Source: Mobula hypostoma
Lineage: Eukaryota
NCBI RefSeq assembly: GCF_963921235.1
Contig: NC_086107.1
Coordinates: 92,692,001 to 92,756,000 of the forward strand
Direction of reading: 5' to 3'
DNA length: 64,000 bases
Of the stretch, positions 49,851 to 62,989 are shown one piece after another (position 1 is the first letter of the stretch; every line of letters begins with the position of its first letter). A program made the translations under genes and the position numbers. Below the pieces are notes generated by a model, which saw nothing but the letters and a program-made list of their open reading frames with translations, searched no databases and was not told the DNA's origin.

Positions 49851-51689
49851 GTTCTGTTCTCCCTCTCCCACTTTTTATTTTGCCTCCAGCATTCTGTATG
49901 TGTTTTTGATTAATATTCCTTGTTATCAAATTAACAAACAAAACTAACTGAATTATGCTGATGCCACATTAGAAGAGCGGACACCTACTGGTCATTATCC
50001 AGAAACTCGCATCAGTCAAACAAATGATCAAGAAGGTGCCAAGCTGTGATCTCCATCGAGATTTGGCTCAGATGACAAAGGACTGTAAGAACAGCTGAGA
50101 GGATCATAGGGATCTCCCTACCAACCATCGAGGACATTTATCAGGAGCACTGCATATGCAGGGCCCTTAGTATTATTAAAGATCCCACCCACCCATCCAG
50201 CATCCTCTTTGACATTCTACCATCAGGCAGGGGACTATGAAGCATAAAGTCAAGAATGGTCAGGACGGGAAACAGCTTCTTCCCTCAGGCCATTAAGCAT
50301 TTGAAGTCTTTGCTGTTTCACATTCGAAGCAGCACTGGTTATTTTGTGCTGTACTTTATAATATTTAATTTATGCACTTTACTTTGTTTTTGAAGTGTAA
50401 TTTATTTGTAGATTATAGTCTTACTTTGTGTGTTATGTGTACTAGTGTGCTTTACACCCTGGTCCGGAGAAACGTTGTGTCATTAGACAGTATACATATA
50501 TATATAGTTAAACGACAAGAAACTCAACTTGACTTGTCTTGACTTGGCTTTTTTAAGTTTGTAGGGATGGCTTTGTTGAAAGGGAGGGGAGTTGGGGGTC
50601 AGGGTAGCTCTTAGCGACATTAATGGGGGGAAGTTAGAAGTCAGAGTTGGATTTATGGACAGGGATGTTGAGGAGTTAGAGGTCGGGCCTCTGCTCTGCA
50701 TTTCATATTCCGCAGCATGGATGAATGACAGAGAACATCCACGATCCAGGCCTTCACTCCGCACACCATGTTCGAAGGCCAGCAACGTCTTGGAATTGGA
50801 GGACTCTGTGTGTGTGTGTGAGATTGGGTGGGAGGGAACAAAGCAGGTTGTTTTGCCGCTGTTGTTTTGTTTGTTGCTTGTTGTCTTCTGTGCTGTTCTG
50901 CTGAGTATTGTGGGCATGCAATGTTAACACAGGAATGTGTGGCAACTCTTACGGGCTGCCCCCGGTGCATACTTAGGTGCACTGTTGGCGCAAATAACAC
51001 ATTTTTCTCTTTGTTTTGATGTGCATGTGATAAATAAATCTGAATCTGAATCAAATGGTCACAACACTAATTGTGGGAGTTTTTTTTGTGCTTAGAGTGA
51101 CTGGCGTCTCTCAAATCACATGCATGACTAAGGCAGGACATACTTCGTTGCTTCCAAAGTGCTTTGAGACTTCTCCTCATTATGAAAGACACAATAGATG
51201 TGAGGATCTGTATTTTGTCTAAGACTGCTGAAGGACTTATTAAAAATCATGAGTGCCAAGAGGTGGAAGATGTCCTTGGTTAGCAGCACTAAACAGAGAG
51301 CAGTGCCAGGCCTGAGTATTCACAAAACAGTATGTCAGCAGTTGGTGCTGGATGTCATGTCTCTCCTTAATCAATTCAAAGTTAACTTCAGCTCCCGGTT
51401 TCAAACTCCTTTTTTTTTTCAAAGGGATCAATACATGTCATCAGAACAACCTGGTCTATGTGTGAAGCCAATCTTACTTCATGCAAAACAAAAGAGAGAT
51501 CGAACTCCTATTCATCTGAATTTCAAATGTCGCTAATCTTGATGCGTCCATATGGAGCCTTCCTCTTCTGAACTCGTAAACCTTCCTCCTGAATAGTAAT
51601 GAGGAGAAATTGTGCACGCAGGGTCCTTCAGGCTTTCCGAAACTCCTGAACGCCATCAATTATCCCCAGGTATGTTTAACCCCTTGTCA

Positions 51690-54300
51690 TCTGGACTGAC
51701 TACTAATGCTGTGAGGTATCCTTGCAGGCTGGTTTGCTAGACCAGCTGGGGAGGTTTTAAACTGATCTGGCAAGGGGATGGAAACTGGAGTGATAGGACT
51801 GAGGATGAGGTGATTAGTATACAAGTAAATGCATTGTGTATTGAGATCCTGAGTGAGAAGATAGTTAGATGTATCAGTATTACGGTGGACAAAGGGGAAT
51901 TACAGAGAAGGACGTTTTTTGGAAGGGGTTACTATCAGGGATGACGGCGGAACAGCAATGGCTGGAGTTTCGGGGGCCAATTTGGAAGGCACAGGAGAGA
52001 TACATCCCAAAGATTAATAGGTATTCTAAAGGGAAGATGAGGAAACCATGGTTGACAACAGAAGTCAAAGCCAACATAAAAGCAAAAGAGAGAGCATATA
52101 ATATAGCAAAAATTAGTGAGAAGGTAGAGGATTGGGAAGCTTTTCAAAACCAACAGAAGGCAACTAAAAAGCCATAAAGAGAGAAAAGATTAAATATAAA
52201 GATTAGCTATCCAATAATATAAAAGAAGGTACCAGATGTGTTTCATATATATAAAGAGTAAAATTGAGGCAAGAGTGGATATCTGACTGCTGGAAAGTTA
52301 TGCTAGAGAGTAGTACTGTGGGTGGGGGGGGGGGGGATAAAGAAATGGCAAACGAACTGAATGAGTATTTTGTTCAGTCTTCACTGTGGAAGACATTAGC
52401 AGTATGCCAGAGATTCAAGAGTGTCATGGGGCAGAAGTGAGTGCAGTTGCTATTACTAAGGAGAAGGTGCTTGGGAAGCTGAAAGGTCCAAAGGTAGATA
52501 AATCACCTGGACCAGATGGACTTCACTGTCGTGTTCTGAAAGATGTAGCTGAAGAGATTGTGGAGGCATTAGTAATGATCTTTCAAAAACCACTCGATTC
52601 TGGAATGGTTCCGGAGGACTGCGAAACTGCAAATGTCAATCTTTAAGAAGGGAGGGAGGCAGAAGAAAGGAATTTACAAGCTAGTTAGCCTGACTTCCAT
52701 GATTGAGAAGATGTTGGAGTCCATTATTAAGGATGAGGTGTCAGGATACTTGGAGGGGCATGATAAAGCAGGCCAATGCCATCATAGTTCCCTTAAGGGA
52801 AAACATTGCCTGACAAATCTGTTGGAATTCTTTGAGGAAATAACAGGTAGAAAGGAAAAGGAGAGTCAGTGGATATTGCTCTCTTGGATTTTCAGAAGAC
52901 CTTTAACAAGGTGCTACACATGAAATTGCTTAGTAAGATAAGAGCCCATAGTATTACAAGAGAGACACTAATGTAGGTTTTCACAAATAAAACTAAATGA
53001 GGCGTTTTATGTTTAATGAAACCTATTTCACATTTTCTTGAACTCCAAAACCTAAACTCAAAAGCAGGCTAAAACTTTAGATAACGTCATCACGTCAGAC
53101 CAGACCCTTAAAGGAAAACTCCAACTCAATGTCGGTGATTATGAATTATGTACATTTCCACCAGTTACACTACCCTACACTATAGCATGAATAGAAGATT
53201 TGCTGACTGGCAGGAGGCAAAGAGTGGGAATAAAGGGGGCTATTTATGGTTGACTGCTGGTGACTAGTGGTGTTCCACAGGGGTCTGTGTTGGGACAGCT
53301 TCTTTTTACATTATATGTCAATGACTTGGATGACAGAATTGATAGCTCTGTGACCATGTTTGCAGGCGATGCAAAAATATATTGAGGATCAGCTCATGTT
53401 GAGGAAGCAGGGAGTCTGCAGAAGGACTTTGGAGGGATTGGAAGAATATGCAAAGAAGTGGCAGATGGAGTATAGTGTAGGGAAGTGTATAGTCATGCAC
53501 TTTTGTAGAAAGAATAAAGGCATAGCTATTTTCTAACCGGGGAGAAAATTCTAAAATCAGAGGGGCAAAGAGGCTTGGGAGTCTTTGTGCAGGATTCCCT
53601 AAAGGTTAACTTGCAATTTGAGTCAGTGGTAAGGAAGGCAAATGCAATGTTATCGTTCATTTTGAGAGAACTAGAATATTAGAGCAAGAATGTGATACTG
53701 AGGCTTTATAAGCCACTTGTCAGACTACATTTGGAGGGTTGTGAGCAGTTTCGGGCTCCTTATCTAAGAAAAGATGTACTGGCATTGGAAAGTGTCCAGA
53801 GGATGTTCTCTAGAGATAATTCCCGGAATGAAAGGGCGAACATATGAGGAGCATTCGATGGCTCTGGGCATATATTTGATGGAGTTTAGAAGAATGAGAG
53901 GGGATCTCACTGAACGCTATTGAATATTGAAAGGCCTAGATAGAGTGGAGGTGGAGAGGATGTTTCCTATTGTGGGAGAGTCTGGGACCAGAGGGCACAG
54001 CCTCAGAATAGAGGGACATCCACTTAGAACAGCAATGAGGAGGAATCTCTTTAGACAGAGGGTGGTGGTTCTATGGAATGTATTGCCACAGACAGCTGAG
54101 GAGGCTAAGTCATTGAGTATATTTAAAGCAGAGGTTGATAGGTTCTTGCTTAGACAGGGCATCAAAGATTACAGCGAGAAGGCAAGAGAATGCAGGAGTT
54201 GAGAAGGATGATAAATCAGCCATGATGGAATGATGGAGCGGACTTGATGGGCTGAATGGCCTAATTATGTTCCTATGTATTGTAGTCTTCTGGTCTAAAT
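51690..54300 (+). mobile_element. Long decayed CR1 LINE (ORF2 RT to tail)
   Basis: KSPGPDGLH, YKLVSLTS..KMLESIIKD, CLTNLLEFFEEIT, PQGSVLG, TRGHSLRI..RQRVVVLWN. Confidence 0.92.
52972..53179. mobile_element. Probable solo LTR (208 bp) inside CR1
   Basis: Perfect terminal inverted hexamers TGTAGG / CCTACA, flanks CTAA/CTAT; CR1 sequence resumes on both sides. Confidence 0.7.
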
Positions 54301-55749
54301 TTCACAGTGAAAGAAGCAGAATGGATTGCAGCCAAAGTCTGAGATGAGACTTGGAGACATTGAAATCATAGAACATAGAACATACGACCATAAAAAAATT
54401 GGAGCAGAATTAGGCCATTTGGCCCATTGAGTCTCCTCTGCTATTCCTTTGTGATTAATTTATTATCCCTCTCAACCCCATTCTTCTGCCTTTTCCCATA
54501 ACCTTTGATGCCCTGACTAATCAAGAACCTATCAACCCCACTTTAAATATACCCAATGACTTACCCTCCACAGCTGTCTGTGGCAATGATTCCAATGACT
54601 TACCACCCACTGACTAAAGAAATTCCTCCTCATTTCTGTTCTAAATGGAGGTCCCTCTATTGAGAGGCTGTGCTCACTGGTATGAACTCCCCCACTATAG
54701 GATACAGCCTCTTGACCTCCACTCTATCCCATGCCTTTCAATATTCGATAGTTTTCAATGAGACCCACCCCGCACCATTCCTCTAAACTCCAGCGAGAAC
54801 AGACCCAGAGCCATCAAGCTCTTCTCATACATGAACCCTTTCATTCTCGGAATCATTCTTATGAACCTCCTTTAGACCCTCAAGTTGACCTTTAGGGAAT
54901 CCTGCACAAGGTCTCCCAAATCCATTTACACCTCTGATTTTGGAATTTTCCCCATTTACTCCACTGAATTTTACCATATACCTGTGAGATTCATTTTCTT
55001 GCGGGCACTTATTGGAAAATAGAGAAGTACAACAGAGTTTACAAAAACCTCTACATAGACGAAGACTAACAAACAGTGTGCAGAAGACAAACCGTGCAAA
55101 CAAGACATAATACTGAGAAGACGAGCTGTGGTGTCCTTAAAAGCGAGTTTGTGGGTTCCGGAATCATTTCAGAGTTGAAGTTATCCATGCCGGCAGATGA
55201 AGTGGTCCGGACCTCAAATGTAACTACTGGAGGAACTCGGCAGGTTTGGCTCCACAGATGCTGCCTGACCCGCTGAGTTCCCCAGCAACTTGTTTTTTGA
55301 TTCACCGTGGAAAGTTCTTCAGACGCAGATTGCCCTGAGGCTGGGAAAATGGATGAAGAATGAGTTCTTTCTAACTCTGACTGTCCTGCTGTGTCCGACA
55401 TGGGCTTCAGGTCATCCACCCACACTGGTCAGGTCAGTTTGATTGCTGATTGTCCCCCGTCATCGGTCCCAGCGCAAGATCTGGATGTAGCTCCAGTGTT
55501 CTTCTATTACTGGTCCATCTGTCCCAACAAAATTCAATATTTAAAATTTTAGAAATTCAGTATTTAGATTTTACCATGGTCAAATGCAGCGTGGTTCCAC
55601 ATTACAGTATAATTTGTGCTGATGAATGACATGAGCACGCAAGCTTAGCTCCTACAATGGCAGCTGGTTAATTTAATTCAACAATAACCTCTTGTTTACT
55701 TCCTTTGTGCTACTTACATTTGTAAAACTCAGTTTAGTTTGTCAATTGA

Positions 55750-56750
55750 GCAACACACACAAAATGCAGGAGGAACTCAACAATTCAGGCAACATCTACG
55801 GAAATGAATAAACAGTCGACCGTCAACACAAGCGATTCTGCAGACGCTGGAAATCCAAAGCAACACACACAAAATGCTGGAGGAACTCAGCAGGTCAGGC
55901 AGCATCTATGGAAATTAATAAATAGCCGATGTTTCAGGCCGAGGCGTTTCTTCAGGAGTAGAAAGGGAGGGAGAAGGTGCGAAAGCAAAAAGGTGGGGGA
56001 GGGGAAGGAGATAGGTGAAGGTGAAAGGTGAAACCAGGCGGATGGGAATGGTGAAGGGCTGGAGAAAAAGGGGTCTGAGAAGAGAGGAGAGTGGACCATG
56101 GGAGAAAGGGAAGGAGGAGGGGCATCAGGGAAGGTGATAGGCAGGTGAGAAGAGGTAAGAAGCCAGAGTGGGGAATAGAAGAAGAGGGGAGGTAGAGGGG
56201 AGATATTTTTTACTGGAAGGAGAAATTGATATTAATGCCATCAGGTTGGAGGCTACCCAGACGAAATATAAGTTGTTTGCTCCTCCAACCTGAGGGTGGC
56301 CTCATCATGACTTAAGAGGAGGCCATGGACCGACATTTCAGAAGCGAATGGGAATTAGAATTGTTTGGCCACAAGGAATTTCCGCTTCTGGAGGATGGAG
56401 CAGAGGAGCTCGACAAAGCAGTCCCCCAATTTACAATGGGTCTCACCAAAGTAGGAGAGGCCACATCAGGATCTCCGGACACAATAGATGACCCCAGTAG
56501 ATTCGCAGGTGAAGTGTTGTCTCATCTGGAAGGACTGTTTGGTGCTCTGAGTACAGTGGAGGAAGGAGGTGAACGGGCAGGTGGAGCACTTTGGACACTG
56601 GCAGGGATAAGTGCCAGGAGGCTGAGACCCTTCATCAGGACTGGAAAGGAAGGCGGCAGAAACCAGAATAAGGAGGTGGGGAATGGAAAGGAGCACAAGC
56701 TGGCAGATGATGGATGAGGGGGAAAGCAGGTGAGTGGGGGAGAGGGGATA
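55750..56750 (-). mobile_element. Penelope-like element: GIY-YIG endonuclease remnant (56225-56620) with flanking terminal repeats
   Basis: PGTYPCQCPKCSTCPF..KQSFQMRQHFTCESTGVIYCVR.S*CGLSY.GET; terminal repeats on both sides. Confidence 0.88.
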
Positions 56751-57228
56751 AAGTATCAGAATCAGAATGCTATTTATTATCACGGCATATGTTGCGAAGT
56801 TTGTCGTTTTCCAGGTTGAGCTCCATCTGCCACTTCTCAGCCCGGTTCTGTATCCTGTCAATGTCCTGTTGTAACTTACAACAACCTTCTACACTCTCCA
56901 CAACACCAGCAACCCTCTTGTTCTCTGTAAACCCACCCTTCTGCTTCCTCATCCAGGTCATTTATGGAAATCGCAGAGAGCAGGGGTCCTACAGCAGATC
57001 CCTGTGGAACCGACCTCCAGGCAGAAGGCGCACCACCAACAGCTGCCCTCTGCCTTCGGTGGGGAGGCCAGTTCAAAGTGCAGAGAGCCAAGCTTCCCCC
57101 GATCCCATTCTTAAAGCAGTAAGATTAGGACCCAGGCAGCTGAAGTCATGCTGGTTCTTTGACCCATTTCATTGTGCAGACCAAGATGCCGAGCTAAGCC
57201 AATCTCATTGCCTGCACTTGGCTCATAT

Positions 57229-57863
57229 TTAGATTTAGATTAGATTACGAGGACCCGCAGTCCTCTTTTATTGTCATTTAGTAATGCAGGCACTAAGAAA
57301 TGATACAATGTTCCTCCAGTGTGATATCACAGAAACACAGAACGGACCAGGACTGAAAAACTAACAAAAACCACATCATTAATACATATAGTTACAACAG
57401 TGCAAAGCAATACCATAACTTGATGAAGAACAGGCCATGGCACAGTAAAAAAGTTCAAAGTCTCTCGAAAGTCCCGCATTTCACGCAGACAGGAGAAGGA
57501 AGAAAACTCTCCCTGCCATGCCCGACCACAGTCCGACTCCGAGTTGACCGAAAACTTCGAGTTCTGATCAGCCCTCCGACACCGAGTACCGAGTACCACC
57601 TCTGCCGAACGTTTCGACCTCAGCCTCGGTCGCCAGCAGCAGGCAAAGCCGGGGATTTTGGGGCCTTCCCTCTGGAGATTGTCGATCGCAGTAGCAGCGG
57701 CAGCGAACCGGGCACTTCAGAAATTTCTCCAGATGTTCCTCTGTGCTTTCACACCTGTCTCCATCAAATCAGAATTGTCCATGGCCCCTACTTAACAGAA
57801 ACGATATCATTTCACTGAAGAGCTGCGCGCGCTGCGTCGCATCGCCATCTTCTCCTCCCACCT
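57229..57863 (-). mobile_element. Young non-coding retroposon with YY1-type 5' end and (TCTAAA)n tail
   Basis: TSD TCATAT (57223-57228, 57864-57869); minus strand begins AGGTGGGAGGAGAAGATGGCG; ends gacaataaaag..(tctaaa)n; CpG-rich. Confidence 0.75.
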
Positions 57864-57879
57864 TCATATCCCCCTAAAC

Positions 57880-57959
57880 CAGAGGTTCCCAACCTGGGGT
57901 CCTCGAACCCATCGGTCGAGGGTCGGGATACATGGCATAAAACAGATTTGGAATCTCTG
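57880..57959. mobile_element. 80-bp hAT-Charlie-like MITE
   Basis: TIR CAGAGGTTCCCAACCT / AGATTTGGAATCTCTG; 8-bp TSD CCCTAAAC / CTCTAAAC. Confidence 0.8.
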
Positions 57960-58454
57960 CTCTAAACTTTTTCTCAATCAGACATTTATTCACATACTCT
58001 GAATGTTATAATTGTACCTGCTTTAATTATTTCCACTGACAGCTCATTCCGTACCCACCAGCCTCTGCGTGAAGCTCCCCCTTAGGTTCTTCAATTAACA
58101 GCTATATTAAACAAGAGAAAGGCACAGTTTACATCAGAAGTGAGTCCCAGTAATATCGCTTTTCATAAAGCTCCTTAAGGTGGAACTTGTTTAGTTAAAA
58201 TAATTCCATCAGTATAATCTTAATCCTATTAATCCTCTGCCTCCTCCAGGCCTTCTGCGACTCGATTTGGGAACGTATTGGACATTGCGCTGTTTACTCC
58301 TGTGATGTAGAATCGACCAGCAGTGGAAATTAACATAAGGACGTGTTTTTAACAACTTTGCCGAGAGGATGGTGGGTGCCTGCAACTCCTTGCTCTCGCT
58401 AGACTTAAACACATGCTTGAGTTAGTGGTGAGGAAGCAAGGACTATAAAAAATA

Positions 58455-59035
58455 GTCGTTAGAATATGAAAGCAAGGACGTAATGCTGAAGCTTTATAAG
58501 GCACTGGAGAGGCCTCACTTGGAGTGCTGTGAGCAATTTTGGACCCCTTATTTAGGAAAGGATGTGCTGATATTGGAGGCAGCTCGAAGGATAAGGATTT
58601 CGGGAACGAAAGCCTTACTGTATGAGAAGCCAAGTAATGGTTCTGGGCTTTTACTCACTGGAATTTAGATGAATGGGGGGGGATCTCATTAAAACCTATA
58701 TTGAAAGGCCTAGATAAAGTGGGTATGTAGAGGATGTCTCCCATGGTGGGGGAGTCTAGGACCAGAGGGCACAGCTTCAGATTAGAAGGATGCCCATCTA
58801 GAATGGAGATAAGGAGGAACTTCTTTTGCCAGAGGGTGGAGAATTCATGGAACTCATTGCCACAGGCAGCTGTGGCGGCTGGGCGTATTTAAGGCCGAGC
58901 CTGATTGGTTCTTGATTAGTTAGACCATGAAAGGTTAAGGGGAGAAGGCAGGAGAATGGGGTTGATCCGTCATGGTGGAGTTGACACGATGGGCCAAGAG
59001 GCCTAATTCTGCTCTTGTGTCTTAAGGTCTTATGT
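58455..59035 (+). mobile_element. CR1 3' fragment
   Basis: MLKLYKALERPHLECCEQFWTPYL; typical tail. Confidence 0.85.
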
Positions 59036-61554
59036 CCAAGTCAAAATCAAAGTAAATTTGTTATCGTGAACATGTATAAATGAAGCTAATCGAACCTCAT
59101 TTTAGACTGCGCTTGGAGTATGGAGTGCTGTTCTGGTCACCCCACTATAGGAAGGATGTTGAGGCTTTGGAGAGGGTACAGAAGAGGTTTACCAGGATGC
59201 TGCCTGGTTTAGACGGCATGTGCTAACATGAGAGGCTGGACAAACTTGGGTTGTTTTCTCCAGAGCAGCAGAGAGCATGCATTTAAAATGGGAGGCAATA
59301 ATTTCAGGGGAGATGTGAGGGGCAAGTTTTTTCACACAGAGTGGTGGGTGCCTGGAATGCACTGATGAAGGCCCCCAGCCTGAAACATCAGCTGTTTATT
59401 CCCCTTCACAGGTGCAGCCTGACCTGCTGAGCTCCTCCAACACTTTGTGTTTGTACTTAGTAAAAAGAATATGAATTTATCTTTTTTATTTGAAAATGTA
59501 CATTCTTACTTTTAAGAAAGCTGCAGGTGGGAAGAAGCATAATGAATTGGACATTCCAGATTATTCCAGTCAGTTAAGGTAGTAGGCAGAGCTAGTAGAG
59601 AATGGACATGACAGGTAATCAATGGAAGCCTGAGGGATGCATCATGTGATCCAGGTACATAGCGACCTTGGAACTGATCAACACAAAACGGCAAGTGGAC
59701 GTTGGAGGACAATGGAAACCTGGCAGAGTTGTAAAGTTGTGGAAAATTCTGGCTGTTACGGAACAGAAGGGAGCTATTCAGCCTACGTGGCTTCAAGGTT
59801 GAGCTATTCTTTGTGCTGTTCCTCAATTCTTTCCCGGTAGTGCTGAAAATGATATTCTCTCAAGTGACTACACAATACCAGTTTGAAGATATTGTGTTAT
59901 ATTTGCTTTAGAAACAAGTCTCTCCTCACATCCCTCCCCCATCTCTTTTGGCCTCAGTTTTTTAAAATCTCTCTCCAGCAGGCTTTGAACCACCCACACC
60001 TGTTGTTCCCACCTACTTAGAGTCATAGAGTATAACAGACCCTTCAGCTGAATGAGTTCCTGCAGACTTTGGTACCCACACAGCTACAGACAATTTTCTG
60101 TGTTCAGCTCATATGCCTCCATTTTCCTATCCAAGTATTTCCTTAATGATACTATTGAATCTGCCTCAACCACTTCCTTGCGAAGCTCGTGCCATATACT
60201 CACCACCTTTTCAATCAATCGTTGTGTTGTCTACCATCAAATCTCTTCGCAACCTTCTTTCAGAAAGGAGAGCAACCCCAGATTCTCCAGTCTAACCTGT
60301 TTGCTGAAATCCCTCATCCCTACAACCATTTATTTATTGACTTGCAGCGTATAATAGGCCCTTCTGGCCCTTCAAGGCACGCTGCCCAGCAATCCCTCAA
60401 TTTAATCCTATCCCAATCACGGGATGATTTATAATGACCGATTAACCCACTAACCGGTACGTCTTTGGACTGTGGGAGGAAACTGGAGCACATGGAGGAA
60501 GCCGGCACGGTCACGGGGAGAACGTACAAACTCCTTACAGGCAGTGGAGGGAATTGAACCAGGATCGCCTGTACTTTGTGTTAACCTCTATGACGCCGTG
60601 CCGCCCCATTCATTTAGATACATCCATATGGCGGTTCAATCGCTATTCAAAAGAGCAATCATAGAGTCATTGAGTATCCATACAGGCCATTCGGCCCAAC
60701 CTGTCCCACAGTGCCCACCAGCATTCAGCTCATATCTCTCCAAGCCTCACCCTTCCATGTACCTACGCAGTGCTTCTTAAATGATACTACTGTACCTGCC
60801 TCAACCACTTCCTCCGACAGTTCTTCCTCTGTACTCACTGCCCCTCAGGTCCCTTTTAAACCTTCCCCCTCTCACCTGAAACCCATGACCCCTAGTTTTG
60901 GACTCCACTACTCTAGGGAAAAGGCTGTTGTTACCCACCTTACCTGTGCATTTCATAATTTTGAACACTTCTGTAAGGTCACCCCGCCCCCCCCCCCCCC
61001 ACCAGCTCTTGCGATCTCTAAGTCCCAAGTGTCTTCGTGATCAGTAATCTCAATATCCCCTGGGGCTGCACGGTAGTGTAGCCGTTAGTGATCGAGGTTC
61101 AATTCCCACCGCTGTCTGTTAGGAGTTTGCAAGTTCTGCATTTGACTGAGTGGGTTTCCTCCTGGTGCCCCGGTTTGCTCCCACATCCCAAAGAAGCGCG
61201 AGTTAAGGTGAGTAAATTGTGGGCAAGTTACGTTGGCACCGGAAGCATGGCAACACTTGCGGGCTGCCCCCAGTGCGTCCTCGGGCTGAGTGGGTCGTTG
61301 ATGCAAACGATGCATTTCACAAAATATTTTGATGTACATGTATCAAACCAAGCTAAATTTTATCTTCACAATCTTTAACATTCAAGGGTTTATGAACAGA
61401 TGTACCAGCCAGATCCTCTGGTAGAGTTGAAAGGTCACAGTAAGGTAAGTGATGCACAAAGGATGAAAGAAAATTCTGGAAGCTTTGGTAGACTGAATAC
61501 TGCAAACTAAAACCATAACATAGAGTAATAAACAAAACCAACAGAACTCTGGCA

Positions 61555-62060
61555 GGTGATTGATAGAGAGCTTAGTGACTTGGTATCATGACAACAAGCT
61601 TTCTCTCAATGTCAACAAGGCAAAAGAGATGGTCGTTGACTTCAGGAATAGATCAGTGCGTACTCTCCTGTCTGAGTTTGAGGGGCTTCACAGTTTCAAG
61701 TTCCTGGGAGCGAACACCACCAATGGCCTGTCCTGGTCCGACCCCTTAGACACCACGACTAAGAAGGTTCACCAACACCTCACCTTACTCAGGAGGCTAA
61801 CGAAATTCAGCATGTCCACGTTGACCCTCACCAATTTTATAGCTGCATCCTAGAAAGAATCCTATGCAGGTGCTTGATATGGCAACTGCTCTGCAGGTGA
61901 CCACAAGAAAATTCAGAGAGCTGTGGACACAGATCAGTCCATCACACAGACCAGCCTCCCCTCCATGGCTCCCTGTCTACACGTTTCACTGCCTCGGCAA
62001 AGCAGTCAACATAATCAAAGATCTCACCCATCCCCGACATTCTCTCTTTCCCTCTTTCTA
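61555..62060 (+). mobile_element. Rex1/Babar-type LINE RT C-terminal fragment
   Basis: W..DNKLSLNVNKAKEMVVDFR, SFKFLG, LRRLTKF. Confidence 0.85.
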
Positions 62061-62989
62061 CAGAAGCTTAGATTACGTGGTGCAAACCAGCAATCGGTAA
62101 ATTTTAGGATAGTCGTTCAGGGGTTCAGCCTTTGAATAACAATTCAAAGTTGCGGGTGTTGCCGATCTTCTTTAGCTGTGGTGTCGACGTGGTTGGATCA
62201 GGATAGTTTATCAGTGATGTTCACTCCCACAGGAACTGGAAGCTCTCAGCACCTCTCAACCTCAGCACCTTTGATGTAGACAGGAGGGCGTACAGCAACC
62301 CTCTTATTGTAGTCATGACCGTTGATCGAATGGACAGCCAGAGAATTTGTTCCCAGGGCAGAAAAGGCTAATATGAGGAGGCTTTCTGTAATTTTAAGGT
62401 GATTAGAGGAAAGTATTGGGGTGTGTCAGAGGTAGATTTTTATTTTTACACAGAGTGGAGGGTGTGTAGAATGTGCTGCCAGGAGTGATGTAAGATACTC
62501 TTAGAGAGACGCATGGAGGGTAGAAAAATGGAGGGCTATGAGAAAGGAGGCTTTAGATTGACCTTGGAGTAGGTTAAACAGTCAGCACAACGACGTGGGC
62601 CGAAGGGCCTGTACTGTGTTGTAACGATCCACGTTCTATCCAGACTCAACTTGTTACTCGCACATTGTGTTTTAAAGGTTGCTTTTATATTTATATTTAT
62701 TGTGTTTTATACTTATTGTGTTTTTTATGATGCACCAGGCCCAGAGTAACAATCATTTTGTTCTCTTTTACACTCGTGTAATGAAGAATGACAATAAACC
62801 ATGTTAACTCTGGAATTTATGTTCTATAAATAATCAATGCACAGAGGCAGAATCACAAGAATTGCCTAAGTATCAGCTCAATTTGTTGGAGTAGTTTAAG
62901 GCCCTGTTACAGGTAATGAATGGACTGTAAACCTCCTGTAGGCAGGTCTAGTCTCCAGCTCACGTGGACATGGATACTCAGTAGTTAAA

